Assembly (NCBI RefSeq): GCF_053078305.1
Contig: NZ_CP166878.1
Direction: 5' to 3' (one strand)
Origin: a plasmid
DNA: 32,715 nt
Below are positions 1-8,924 of the stretch, piece by piece. The translations under genes and the position numbers were made by a program. Numbering within the stretch: position 1 is the first letter of the stretch; each line of letters starts with the position of its first letter. The notes beneath the pieces are model-generated. The model was not told the origin of the DNA. It did no database searches and saw only the letters and a list, made by a program, of their open reading frames with translations.

Positions 1-1866
1 ATGCAAGCAAATGATGAGTTTCTTCGCTTGGTTTTTGAAAACATATGGCCATGGTGGACATATGCCTGGGTTTTAGTTTTTTCTTTGTTATGTGTGTTTA
101 CATTTTCGGGTCATGCAGAAAAAAGTGGTGATAAGAGTACTCTGCGTTTCATTATTGAAGCAGCCAGGAAGAAATTACTTGTTGCATGGATTTTATGTAC
201 TCTTTTGTTCTTTCTATTTGTGTACATAATAGCGTGGAAACACTTTGGGGAAGATTCACATAAAGCATCACTTTATATGGAGTTATTGTATGAGCGGATT
301 GGTGACAAATCTTTCTCATTTGGTGATTATTGTGGTATAGCATTTGTGCTACTTTTTCCCTATGCCTGTCAGATAATTAATCGCCGTCTTATAAGACCAA
401 AACTATCATCATGGCTTCGTCGTTTTCGTGTGTCTCAGACCTCGGATACTATGAGTGATATTCGTGTTGAGAAAGGTAAATATTCGCCTAAAAACTTCAA
501 TCCTTTAGATTATTATAAGGATGGTCATTTCTTTTTAGGATTAGATGAAAATGATAAAGCAATCTACGTTACAGATGACTATTTGTCTAAAGTAAATATT
601 AAAATTTTAGGCGCAACGCAAACGGGTAAAGGTGTTATTCAGGGGGTTATTGCAGACCAGGCAATATTGAAAAATTGGGGTTTGTGGTTCTGGGATCAGA
701 AACCAGATAAATTTATTTACTCGATTATGAAACAACGTTGTGAGTCAGAGGGGCGAGAAATATATGAAGTTGATTTGAATGGTGAAGGTATAGGTGATTA
801 TGCGCCATTTAAGAATGGTACAAAACGTGAAATTTTGGATAGGTTTTTTAATGCGTTTTCTCTTGAGACTGGCGGGACTGATGCAGACTATTACAAAAAT
901 AATGCACAGGAGGTTATGTACTATATATATACTTTTTGGGACCGTTCGTTAAACGATTTACAAAAATTGTTGTCTGGTAGTGATGATAGAATACCGGAGG
1001 AAAAACAGGAATGGATAGCTAAAAATGGAGCTAATATTCGAACGCAGCTTAATAAATGGTTAGAGCTTCCTTGTCTATCTCCCGCTGATGGTCAGGGATT
1101 AAATGTAACTGAACTGGTTAAGTCAGGTGCGGTTATTTATGTAAAAGGTAGCACAAAAGATAAGGTTGTCAGGGCTGTCTTAAAATCAATGTTGCGTGAG
1201 TGGTCTGCGGCTGTTATTCGTGAACAACCAAAAAATCATGTGTTGGGGATAATTGATGAGGCCCGTTTTGTTATCTCGTCAGAGGTTGCTGATAGTCTGG
1301 CAACTATATTATCCTCAAATGCAAGTTTGTCTATTGCATATCAAGAGAGAGATGACCTTTTAAATATACCGGATGAAAAACCGCAGATTGCTCAGTCAAT
1401 AAAAAAAGGGACGGAAACAAATACCAATTTGACACTTGTTTATCGTTGTAATGACGAGACGGCTGAATGGGTTGCCAAAAATTCTGGTACAACTGCGAAG
1501 AGTCTGACAAAACTTGAAGAAGTCGAAACTGACGGTTATGGCGCGGAAACATGGAAGGGACGACGAATGATTGGACAGGAAGAGGATTACTATATACCAG
1601 TAAATACGGTTCTTGCAGTTGAAGAACGAGTTGGTATTATGCAGACTATGTTTGAACTCAGTCGGGTTTTATTTACATGCTGGGTTCCTGTTCAACGTTT
1701 TTATACACTTCCGGCCCGCCCTCAAACGGAGCACGATAATGTTCAGGATTGTATAAAGAATGATGGTTCAATTTCTCCGAGTGATGAGGATTACTTTAAT
1801 CCTGACATGATTAGTGATGAAGAGCTAGCGATGATAAATAAAACAGTATCGTCAGACAGTAAATAA
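1..1866 (+). CDS. virD4: Type IV secretion coupling protein (VirD4/TraG-family ATPase)
   Basis: 621-aa ORF with Walker A-like GATQTGKG and Walker B-like hydrophobic-DE (LGIIDEARFV), N-terminal hydrophobic segments. ORF begins at window edge, so the true start may lie upstream. Confidence 0.7.
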   Translation: MQANDEFLRLVFENIWPWWTYAWVLVFSLLCVFTFSGHAEKSGDKSTLRFIIEAARKKLLVAWILCTLLFFLFVYIIAWKHFGEDSHKASLYMELLYERIGDKSFSFGDYCGIAFVLLFPYACQIINRRLIRPKLSSWLRRFRVSQTSDTMSDIRVEKGKYSPKNFNPLDYYKDGHFFLGLDENDKAIYVTDDYLSKVNIKILGATQTGKGVIQGVIADQAILKNWGLWFWDQKPDKFIYSIMKQRCESEGREIYEVDLNGEGIGDYAPFKNGTKREILDRFFNAFSLETGGTDADYYKNNAQEVMYYIYTFWDRSLNDLQKLLSGSDDRIPEEKQEWIAKNGANIRTQLNKWLELPCLSPADGQGLNVTELVKSGAVIYVKGSTKDKVVRAVLKSMLREWSAAVIREQPKNHVLGIIDEARFVISSEVADSLATILSSNASLSIAYQERDDLLNIPDEKPQIAQSIKKGTETNTNLTLVYRCNDETAEWVAKNSGTTAKSLTKLEEVETDGYGAETWKGRRMIGQEEDYYIPVNTVLAVEERVGIMQTMFELSRVLFTCWVPVQRFYTLPARPQTEHDNVQDCIKNDGSISPSDEDYFNPDMISDEELAMINKTVSSDSK

Positions 1867-1872
1867 AATAAA

Positions 1873-1901
1873 TCTGGCATCTAGCTGATGCCAGATTTTT
1901 T
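1873..1901 (+). terminator. Rho-independent terminator after coupling-protein gene
   Basis: Hairpin TCTGGCATC-TAGC-TGATGCCAGA followed by TTTTTT. Confidence 0.75.
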
Positions 1902-1922
1902 AGTTAATAATATGGTGTACAT

Positions 1923-2987
1923 ATGGATAAAAAGACAAAAACATATCCTTTTGGTGACATTGAGTTTTTTGACCAGTTAGAGGAACATGCATGGGACCAG
2001 ATTCATGATGGTATGCTACCAATTATGGATTTGTATCTTGATCCGACAGTAACCGATATATTTATAAACAGGTATGACAATATATATACATCTGTCAATG
2101 GCAAGTATGTAAAGACCGACAGTTCCTTTTCCAGTGAACGGGCACTTAAAGCCTGGATTGATCAAATCGCAACGGTGTTGAGGCAGCCATTTTCAACGTC
2201 AGGAAACTATAAATATGGTGATGTCATTGAGCCTGTACTTGATGCCCGATTTCCCGATGGTTCCCGGTTGATGTGTACAGACCCGGTGATTTCACCGCAG
2301 GGTTCTACGGTAAGTCTTCGTAAAGTACCTAAGCAAATACTGGAAGAAAAAGATTTTATAAATTCCGGTATGTTGACGAGAGATATTCTTGATTATCTCA
2401 TTAGTGTTATACAAAAACGGAAAAATTTTATTGTTGCTGGTAATACTGGTTCTGGCAAAACATCACTTTTACGCTTGCTCGCCAGGTATATTGATACGAT
2501 GGAGCGTGTTATCACCGCCGAAGACACTCAAGAACTTCATATACACAGGTATTTTCCGTTAGGGATTGCTCTGGAAGCTGCACATCGTAAAGATGTGAAT
2601 GCGGATCTTCCTTCTCTGGTTCACCTGACTATGCGTGGTAATCCCGATCGTGTATGGGTTGGGGAGGTAAGAACGGCAGAGGCTATAGCTGCTTATTACA
2701 TGGTTCTGGCAAGTGGAACTATAGGTAATGCTACAACTCTGCACTCCGTTACCCCTATGGGGGCAATACGCAAAATGACCTGGCTTATGTCAAGCTATCT
2801 CAGTATCGATTTTCAGATAGCTCAGGATTTAATTATGTCAGAGGTTGACGTGATTATTCAGTGCCGGAGAACATCAAAGCATGGAAGAAGAATTACAGAT
2901 ATCGTCGAAATACGTGAAGGGAAAATTGTTCCTATATTCAAGTTTGATGAAGAGCAAGAAGTACATGTCAGGTTTGACAAAAAATGA
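1923..2987 (+). CDS. virB11: VirB11-family secretion ATPase
   Basis: 354-aa ORF; Walker A GNTGSGKTS, downstream ITAEDTQEL and conserved His-box region typical of VirB11/TrbB traffic ATPases; ATG at 1923. Confidence 0.9.
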   Translation: MDKKTKTYPFGDIEFFDQLEEHAWDQIHDGMLPIMDLYLDPTVTDIFINRYDNIYTSVNGKYVKTDSSFSSERALKAWIDQIATVLRQPFSTSGNYKYGDVIEPVLDARFPDGSRLMCTDPVISPQGSTVSLRKVPKQILEEKDFINSGMLTRDILDYLISVIQKRKNFIVAGNTGSGKTSLLRLLARYIDTMERVITAEDTQELHIHRYFPLGIALEAAHRKDVNADLPSLVHLTMRGNPDRVWVGEVRTAEAIAAYYMVLASGTIGNATTLHSVTPMGAIRKMTWLMSSYLSIDFQIAQDLIMSEVDVIIQCRRTSKHGRRITDIVEIREGKIVPIFKFDEEQEVHVRFDKK

Positions 2988-3000
2988 ACATTTAGCATTA

Positions 3001-3080
3001 TATGCTTATATGCTTATATGCTTATATGCTTATATGCTTATATGCTTATATGCTTATATGCTTATATGCTTATATGCTTA
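3001..3080. repeat. Perfect tandem octamer microsatellite (TATGCTTA x10)
   Basis: Ten uninterrupted head-to-tail copies of TATGCTTA directly readable in sequence, starting 14 bp after the virB11 stop. Confidence 0.95.
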
Positions 3081-3105
3081 TATCATTGTGTTTGTGTGAA
3101 ATATT

Positions 3106-3299
3106 GCTGTAACATCGACGGTCTACGACCACCTACCACCTGAATAGCTGTAGGTTCCGTGCGGTCAGGCTTGGCAGGGGGCTGACGCGGTTCCTGGCGA
3201 CATGAAACTCCCTGGTTAGGGGTATCGGCGCGACCTGGCATCTGTGACTCTATAAAGCCATTTTTCGCGCCTTCCATGCCGCTAAAGCGGCATATTCCA
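3106..3299 (+). repeat. 194-bp repeat family, copy 1 (upstream of ccdA)
   Basis: Near-identical to 18900-19093 and ~90% identical to 3962-4155; begins GCTGTAACATCGACGGTCTACG and ends with hairpin ATGCCGC-TAAA-GCGGCAT then ATTCCA. Confidence 0.9.
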
Positions 3300-3366
3300 C
3301 ACTTCTAGATCCGGGGTTTTGGGTATATGCTATGTTTATATGCATAATTTATGTGGGGGGCTTGTT

Positions 3367-3612
3367 ATGAGAACAAATGTGGCAGTAAAAAAACGTAGTA
3401 TAAACGTATACTTAAATGCAGGGTTACTTGAAGAAGCAAAAGATCTTGATCTGAATGTTTCTGCTATCTCTAACAAAGCTCTCGAAAAAGCGGTAAGGGA
3501 GCGTAAGCGTGAACGCTGGATAGAAGAAAACCGTGCTGGCATTGAGGCATTAAACCGTTTTGTAGAAGATACCGGGATTTTTTCAGATGATGAAAATTTT
3601 GGGGTAATTTAG
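3367..3612 (+). CDS. ccdA: CcdA-family antitoxin
   Basis: Recognisable similarity to F-plasmid CcdA (VNISxxxxxxxxEARRxRAERWxxEN...FADENRDW pattern: NVSAISNKALEKAVRERKRERWIEENRAGIEALNRFVEDTGIFSDDENFG); ATG 3367 preceded by G-rich RBS; stop overlaps ccdB start. Confidence 0.85.
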   Translation: MRTNVAVKKRSINVYLNAGLLEEAKDLDLNVSAISNKALEKAVRERKRERWIEENRAGIEALNRFVEDTGIFSDDENFGVI

Positions 3613-3929
3613 TGAAACAATTTTCTGTCTACAAGAACAAATCGCGAAATAAACAGGCGTACCCCTATTTTATTGATATACAGGCAGAGATGCTTGCACA
3701 CCTTAACACCCGGTTGGTGATGCCTTTAACGCCAAAAGATAATTCAAACTCGCAGGTAAAGACGTTAACGCCAGTAATAAACATCAACCAGGTAGATTAT
3801 GTGGTTCTGACTACTATGATAACGACAACGGATGCAAAAAATCTGAACTCTGATAATGTCGTTATGGATGCTTCATATTTACGAGATCAACTGGTTTCTG
3901 CAATTGACATGATGATTCTGGGTATTTAA
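3612..3929 (+). CDS. ccdB: CcdB-family gyrase-poison toxin
   Basis: GTG start overlapping the ccdA stop by 1 nt; protein begins MKQFSVYKNKSRNKQAYPYFIDIQ and ends MMILGI, matching the CcdB family pattern ([21 protein letters not shown] ... LMFWGI). Confidence 0.85.
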   Translation: MKQFSVYKNKSRNKQAYPYFIDIQAEMLAHLNTRLVMPLTPKDNSNSQVKTLTPVININQVDYVVLTTMITTTDAKNLNSDNVVMDASYLRDQLVSAIDMMILGI

Positions 3930-3961
3930 TTTTTGCAGGGTAGTAAATAGTAAAAAATATC

Positions 3962-4155
3962 GCTGTAACATCGACGGTCTACGACCACCTACCAGCCGAG
4001 TGGCTGTCTGTTCCGTGCAAATGGGCTTTGCAGGGGGCTGGCGCGGTTCCTGGCGACCTGAAAGCCCCTGGTTAGGGGTATCGGCGCGACCTGGCATCTG
4101 TGACTCTATGAAACCATTTTTCGCGCCTTCCATGCCGCTAAAGCGGCATATTCCA
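3962..4155 (+). repeat. 194-bp repeat family, copy 2 (downstream of ccdB)
   Basis: Same length and ends as copy 1; about 20 substitutions clustered in hairpin-forming segments, several compensatory. Confidence 0.9.
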
Positions 4156-4233
4156 AACTTTGGAGCAGTTCTGCAATGTTGTTTGAATTGTTTCGTAGTC
4201 GTATCATTATTTTTTATGTGATGATTGTTTTTT

Positions 4234-4560
4234 TTATGTGTCTGACATTTTTCCAATCATGATTTCTGTGAGATTTGTATCAGCAAAATCTCCTTTCCCC
4301 GATTCAGTGTCAAAGTCGCCTGGCGTGAACTTATGTACGTCTTGCCAGACTGCGAAGCAGGTAGGGCATGTTACAGGTAGTTCGCCCTCCGCTATCTTTT
4401 CACAACTTTCTACCAGTTCTTGTTTCTCGTTGTACCTGATGTTATAGCCGCTTGTGCAAAGCGTTTCATACCCGTGAGCGCCCGTCACTATATGTGTGGC
4501 GGTTCTTTCTGTGATTTTTCCATCAACTAATAACTGTTCATGCGTTGTGATCGTTTGCAT
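4234..4560 (-). CDS. Hypothetical Cys-rich protein (108 aa)
   Basis: ORF with CxxC-type cysteines (CTSGY...CEKIAEGELPVTCPTC); no family recognised; lies between repeat copy 2 and the virB3-like gene. Confidence 0.45.
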   Translation of the reverse strand: MQTITTHEQLLVDGKITERTATHIVTGAHGYETLCTSGYNIRYNEKQELVESCEKIAEGELPVTCPTCFAVWQDVHKFTPGDFDTESGKGDFADTNLTEIMIGKMSDT

Positions 4561-4704
4561 GTCTGTCTCTCATAATTGTTGGTTTATGTGATTGTTGGGG
4601 CGACCGTAAAAATATACGCCAGATGATGGGAGAGCATCTTATTTCGTATTGCTCAAAAAAACATATGACAAATATCACAAAAATGAAGTGCAGGTATTGA
4701 CATC

Positions 4705-4717
4705 GGGGGGGGGGGGG
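4705..4717. repeat. Homopolymeric G13 tract in divergent intergenic region
   Basis: 13 consecutive G read directly, 71 bp upstream of the virB3-like start. Confidence 0.9.
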
Positions 4718-4787
4718 TAACGTAAAGATTATAAATATAAATTTTACAAAACGTAAAAATATACTACGTCATTCGGTAAGAAATCAA

Positions 4788-5120
4788 ATGGCTGAAATAA
4801 AAGGAAAAATAACCAATCCCGCACTGGTTAATGCAAAAGTTTTTTACAACAGACGAACAAAGCTGGGGATACCTACAGAGGTCTTTTTGATCCTGATGTT
4901 CCTGAATGTTTTTGCTGTTGTGCTGTGTGTTATGTATTTCAGCACATTTTCCGTTATTTCGCTGATTTTATTTGTTCTGGTATCGGTTGTTCCTATGAAG
5001 TTCGTTTTTCATGGCGATCCCGATGCTCATAAAGCTTGGATTTATGGTTATTTGTCACCTTCCAGGCTGAACAATACCCACGCAGTGAAGCGTCGTATCA
5101 CATTTATAGACGCTATTTAG
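4788..5120 (+). CDS. virB3: VirB3-like small inner-membrane T4SS protein
   Basis: 110 aa, hydrophilic N-terminus then one long hydrophobic region (GIPTEVFLILMFLNVFAVVLCVMYF...); position immediately upstream of pilin and VirB4 genes. Confidence 0.55.
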   Translation: MAEIKGKITNPALVNAKVFYNRRTKLGIPTEVFLILMFLNVFAVVLCVMYFSTFSVISLILFVLVSVVPMKFVFHGDPDAHKAWIYGYLSPSRLNNTHAVKRRITFIDAI

Positions 5121-5149
5121 GGATTTAACCAGTAAAAGAGGTGTATACA

Positions 5150-5497
5150 ATGCTCAATCGCATTTCCAGAAAGATATCAACATTCCAGATAATGCTTTAC
5201 GTAGCATTAGTGACAGGAAGTGTCACACCGGCTATGGCTGCTGGTAATAGTACAGTTAAACTTCCTACGCCGGATGATAGTTTTTTACAGAAAATCGTTA
5301 ACTGGATGCAAAGTATTCTGGATCTGGTTGGTGGGGCTGGAGCTTTGTTCTTTGCGTTTGTCAGTGGGTTTGCTTGTATTGTGTTGTGGGGACTTGCACC
5401 GCAACAGAGCCAGGCTATCGGGAAACTGTTTCGTGCTGCTGTTGCAGCAATTGCAGCGTTTAACCTGGCGTTCTTTATTGCCTGGCTGCAAAAATGA
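5150..5497 (+). CDS. virB2: VirB2/TrbC-like pilin precursor
   Basis: Long signal peptide ending AMAAG, two hydrophobic helices (GGAGALFFAFVSGFACIVLWGL; AAVAAIAAFNLAFFIAWL); ATG 5150 with AGAGG RBS (ORF track extends to GTG 5141). Confidence 0.65.
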   Translation: MLNRISRKISTFQIMLYVALVTGSVTPAMAAGNSTVKLPTPDDSFLQKIVNWMQSILDLVGGAGALFFAFVSGFACIVLWGLAPQQSQAIGKLFRAAVAAIAAFNLAFFIAWLQK

Positions 5498-5508
5498 GGT
5501 GATCCACG

Positions 5509-8109
5509 ATGGGGCAGAGCTATAACGAACATCTGAATCTGGCAGGCATCGAACAACATTCCGGGCAGGTGTATACCTATACTGGAGGTGCTTTTGGTGC
5601 TATTGAACTGACAGGTGTTGATCCAACGGGTGTTACCCCTTCTCAGGGTAGCCGTATTTCTTTATTACTTCGTAATATCGTTCAGTTACTGCCCCTTTCT
5701 GTCACACTGACTCAGTATTATATCCATAATGACGGCGTTAAGATCCGGCTGACAGGGCGTGATAATCAACGCAGTCAGTTACTTTCTATGCGTCGCCAGG
5801 CATATCTTAATAAATGTCGTAATTTAAATGCCTCAAGAATTATATGGACGCTGGATGTTCACCCGGAAGAGAATATTAATCGCCTGGCATCTGCCGAGTT
5901 TTTAAAGAATCTTTTTAACAGCATGTTTGATGACACAGCCAGACGTAAAGTCAGGCTGGCACTGTCAAATCGCGAATCGTTTATCATTGAGCGTCAGGCA
6001 TTTGAAAAACAGTGCCTGTTGCTGAAAGAAACATTACGCGATCTGGACTTACGCCTTTCTTTTATTTCAGAAGATAACAGGATTCTTGATTCAGAAGGGA
6101 TCTGGCGATTACAGAAGTTCCTTGCAACATTTAATCACCATTGGCTGGCTCCACGCCGTAAGGTCACTGTACCCAATGATATGTGGGATTGTCTGGCGAT
6201 TGAAGGTGACGATATCGAGGCCATTACCTGGCGTGGCGTTGATATGTTGAAGATCCAGGGGGTACGGCCTGTTTATGTTCGCCTGGCCAGTGTGTTGAAA
6301 ATAGGCGATGAATCTGTACCGGAATGTGCCTGGGCGCTGACAAATGGCAGACCAGTTTTACAGCGGGGTAACTACGTTTACTTCATGCGGTTCACTCCCG
6401 CCAGTGCCTTTAAGAAGTCACTGATGATCAGCGGGAAAGAAAACGAACTTGTCAGGACTCAAATCAGTTTGAGCGATTTAATGACTGACAGTACGAGCAA
6501 AGATATTCTCGATGAAAAATTGCGCAGAAATTCACATCTGATGAAGATGCGCGAAGAACTGGAGAATATTTCATATTCAGATGAGCGCCTGGGGATCTGC
6601 CAGGCCGGGATTGCTGTATTTAATACAGATCCCGATAAATTACTTGAGACTTGTGCGGATATTAACCGTAGTGTCTCTCAGACCATGCAAGTTGTATGGG
6701 AGACGGTAGCACAACTGGATGCTTACAAGGTTATGCAACCAGCCTACTCACGCAATACATTTCGTGCATTACAGCTTAACGCATCTCAGATGGGGGCGGC
6801 ATCCTTGTTCTTTAAATCCCATCCAGGTATTCCTGAATGGGAGCTAAATGGACGCATGGAGGAAGCCTTCTATATTCTTGAATCAGATGATGGCGTGCCG
6901 TTTTTCTTTACGCCAAAAGTTAAAGAAAAGCTACTGCTTCTTGGTAATGGGGCGACCCGTGGCGGCAAGACTTTTATGAAAAACTGTATTGCCAGCCATT
7001 TTATTAAATTCGGTGGTCTGTATAACTGTCTGGATATCGATCCTGGCTCTATCCCAATGGCTAATTTCTTTGGGGATGATGGGGCAGCATTTACCCTTGA
7101 TAGCGATTTTCAGTGTGGTTTTAACATGTTCAGTATGGCGCAAAGCAAGGATGACAGGGTATTTCTTGCGCATCTTATAGAGCAGTTAAAAGCAATGGCA
7201 GCAGAAAATGACAGTGAGCAGGATAAATATTTAACGCCTGATGAACTTGAAAATATAACAGTGTGTGCGAGTGATCTTCTTGTACAAAAATTTTCGCCGA
7301 ATGAGGGGCGTTTAAGCTCAATCACGTTGTCAACGCTGGTTTCTAAGTGTGGTCAGAGCGTTAAACGCAAGTTAGCGCCATTTATTAGTAATGGTATTTA
7401 TGGACGTTTATTTGATAACAAAGAGGACGCGATTGGTGTTCTTGATAAGCCGGTAGCTGTTTACAACCTTTCAGGTGTGAAAGATAACCATAATCTTGCG
7501 CGGCTTGTGCACCGTGAAATCTTCTTTCGTGTCGTTCGTTTGTTTGAATCACCGGAATATCGCACGATACCAAAGTTTTTTGAAATAGATGAGGCACAGT
7601 ACACCCTGTCTGTACCACATGCCGCAGAGTTCGCTACACAGAAAGCCCGAACCTGGTTTAAGCATGGTGGGGGTATGGGATTCTGGACTCAGAACCCGGA
7701 GCACTATTCATCACTGGATGAGTGGACTACGTTACGTTCCTCGGCGTCGGTGTTTATCTTTATGCCGGATAATGAGGCAACAGTTAAAGCATTCCATGAT
7801 GCTTATGGCTTCGATGAAGAAGAAGTGAATATTATTCGCAGCCTTAAGGTAAAACAGCAGTCGTATATAAAGATCCCGGACATGCAGATTGCAAAAGTGG
7901 TGAATCTGTTTGTTGAGGCTGAACAGTATGCTGTTTGTACATCAACGTCTAATGAAGCAGCCCTGGCAGCGGAAATATGGAAACGTGAATCAGATCCCGA
8001 TGTTGCAGTGCGACAGATTGTAGAAGGTCTGATAACGAAGTGTAATAAGGACTTGATCCCAACGCCTACAGAGACTGAAAAGGATAAAACGGAGGGGTTT
8101 TTCTTATGA
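5509..8109 (+). CDS. virB4: VirB4-family T4SS ATPase
   Basis: 866-aa ORF, Walker A GNGATRGGKT, size and position typical of VirB4/TrbE; RBS GAGGTGA. Confidence 0.9.
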   Translation: MGQSYNEHLNLAGIEQHSGQVYTYTGGAFGAIELTGVDPTGVTPSQGSRISLLLRNIVQLLPLSVTLTQYYIHNDGVKIRLTGRDNQRSQLLSMRRQAYLNKCRNLNASRIIWTLDVHPEENINRLASAEFLKNLFNSMFDDTARRKVRLALSNRESFIIERQAFEKQCLLLKETLRDLDLRLSFISEDNRILDSEGIWRLQKFLATFNHHWLAPRRKVTVPNDMWDCLAIEGDDIEAITWRGVDMLKIQGVRPVYVRLASVLKIGDESVPECAWALTNGRPVLQRGNYVYFMRFTPASAFKKSLMISGKENELVRTQISLSDLMTDSTSKDILDEKLRRNSHLMKMREELENISYSDERLGICQAGIAVFNTDPDKLLETCADINRSVSQTMQVVWETVAQLDAYKVMQPAYSRNTFRALQLNASQMGAASLFFKSHPGIPEWELNGRMEEAFYILESDDGVPFFFTPKVKEKLLLLGNGATRGGKTFMKNCIASHFIKFGGLYNCLDIDPGSIPMANFFGDDGAAFTLDSDFQCGFNMFSMAQSKDDRVFLAHLIEQLKAMAAENDSEQDKYLTPDELENITVCASDLLVQKFSPNEGRLSSITLSTLVSKCGQSVKRKLAPFISNGIYGRLFDNKEDAIGVLDKPVAVYNLSGVKDNHNLARLVHREIFFRVVRLFESPEYRTIPKFFEIDEAQYTLSVPHAAEFATQKARTWFKHGGGMGFWTQNPEHYSSLDEWTTLRSSASVFIFMPDNEATVKAFHDAYGFDEEEVNIIRSLKVKQQSYIKIPDMQIAKVVNLFVEAEQYAVCTSTSNEAALAAEIWKRESDPDVAVRQIVEGLITKCNKDLIPTPTETEKDKTEGFFL

Positions 8110-8924
8110 GAAAACAACTTGCAGTAGTCTTGTTTTCTGTAATGACAGGATTGATTACAACACCTGCTATTTCTGGCGTTCCTGTTGCGGATGCTGCTCA
8201 GATTCTTGGTCAGGCCAGGGCTATGATGCAGGATATCAAAAACTATAAAGAATATATGGAACAGACAATTCTCAATAATAAAGAATTGCTGGAAGCATAT
8301 AAGCAATACAACCAGATGCTTGAGGATTATAAGCAAATTTTACGTGAGGCCGAAGGGCTGAAAGATAAACTTTCATCGATTGACTATAAGAATTTTATGG
8401 ATGAAATAGCCCTTATCTCTAACCAGTTCGATCCCGTTTATGGCGGGGGGCGTATGGTTAAAAATACGGGTAATGCGCCGTGGGATAAAGCCTATGAGCG
8501 TAATTTGTTGCTTAATGGCTATGGGCTTACAAACGAAGAATATGCCGAAATGCTGGCAGCGATACCATATACGAGTGATGACCGCGAACGTGCCCGGCAG
8601 ATGTTTGAATATAGGCAGCGCAGGGTTGTTGAAGGGATTTCAAAAGATGCCTTTGTTGGTGAATTGCAAATACAATTAAAAAAGCAAGGAAAAACTCTAG
8701 GGGAATTACAGGAAAGACGTTTAAGGTTAGGTGATAACGATACGACAGCCTCTATCCAGTTTTTAGCTGAACAAAATGAACAACTGTTACAACAAATTCA
8801 GAGTTTACAGTTACAGCAAGCAGAGGCGATGAAATATAGTGGTCGTCTTGAGGATCACTATTTTAACAAGCGAGCGCAACAGGAAGAATTAAAGGCACGT
8901 CAGTTACAGAGGGCATGGCAATGA
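8106..8924 (+). CDS. VirB5-like secreted helical protein (minor pilus subunit candidate)
   Basis: Start overlaps virB4 stop (ATGA); signal peptide; helical/coiled-coil-rich 272 aa; positional inference. Confidence 0.5.
   Translation: MRKQLAVVLFSVMTGLITTPAISGVPVADAAQILGQARAMMQDIKNYKEYMEQTILNNKELLEAYKQYNQMLEDYKQILREAEGLKDKLSSIDYKNFMDEIALISNQFDPVYGGGRMVKNTGNAPWDKAYERNLLLNGYGLTNEEYAEMLAAIPYTSDDRERARQMFEYRQRRVVEGISKDAFVGELQIQLKKQGKTLGELQERRLRLGDNDTTASIQFLAEQNEQLLQQIQSLQLQQAEAMKYSGRLEDHYFNKRAQQEELKARQLQRAWQ

Noticed and set aside
3001-3080. Possible CRISPR array
   Set aside because: 8-bp units are directly abutting with no spacers; far too short for CRISPR repeats.
2881-3099. 72-aa plus-strand ORF running through the octamer repeat (LICLYAYM reiterations)
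   Set aside because: Translation artefact of the tandem repeat; its start lies inside virB11, which terminates at 2987.
3083-3277. Minus-strand ORFs inside the 194-bp repeats (also 3879-4256 and the 4000-4221 plus-strand ORF)
   Set aside because: Substitutions between repeat copies are non-synonymous and clustered in stems; conservation follows structure, not a reading frame.
5197-5559. Overlapping ORFs on both strands across the pilin gene (5197-5559 minus, 5220-5525 plus)
   Set aside because: Alternative frames of the VirB2-like gene; the pilin frame has the signal peptide and hydrophobic architecture.
7803-8336. 177-aa minus-strand ORF antisense to the virB4/virB5-like genes
   Set aside because: Lies entirely within well-supported plus-strand genes; no RBS or recognisable features.
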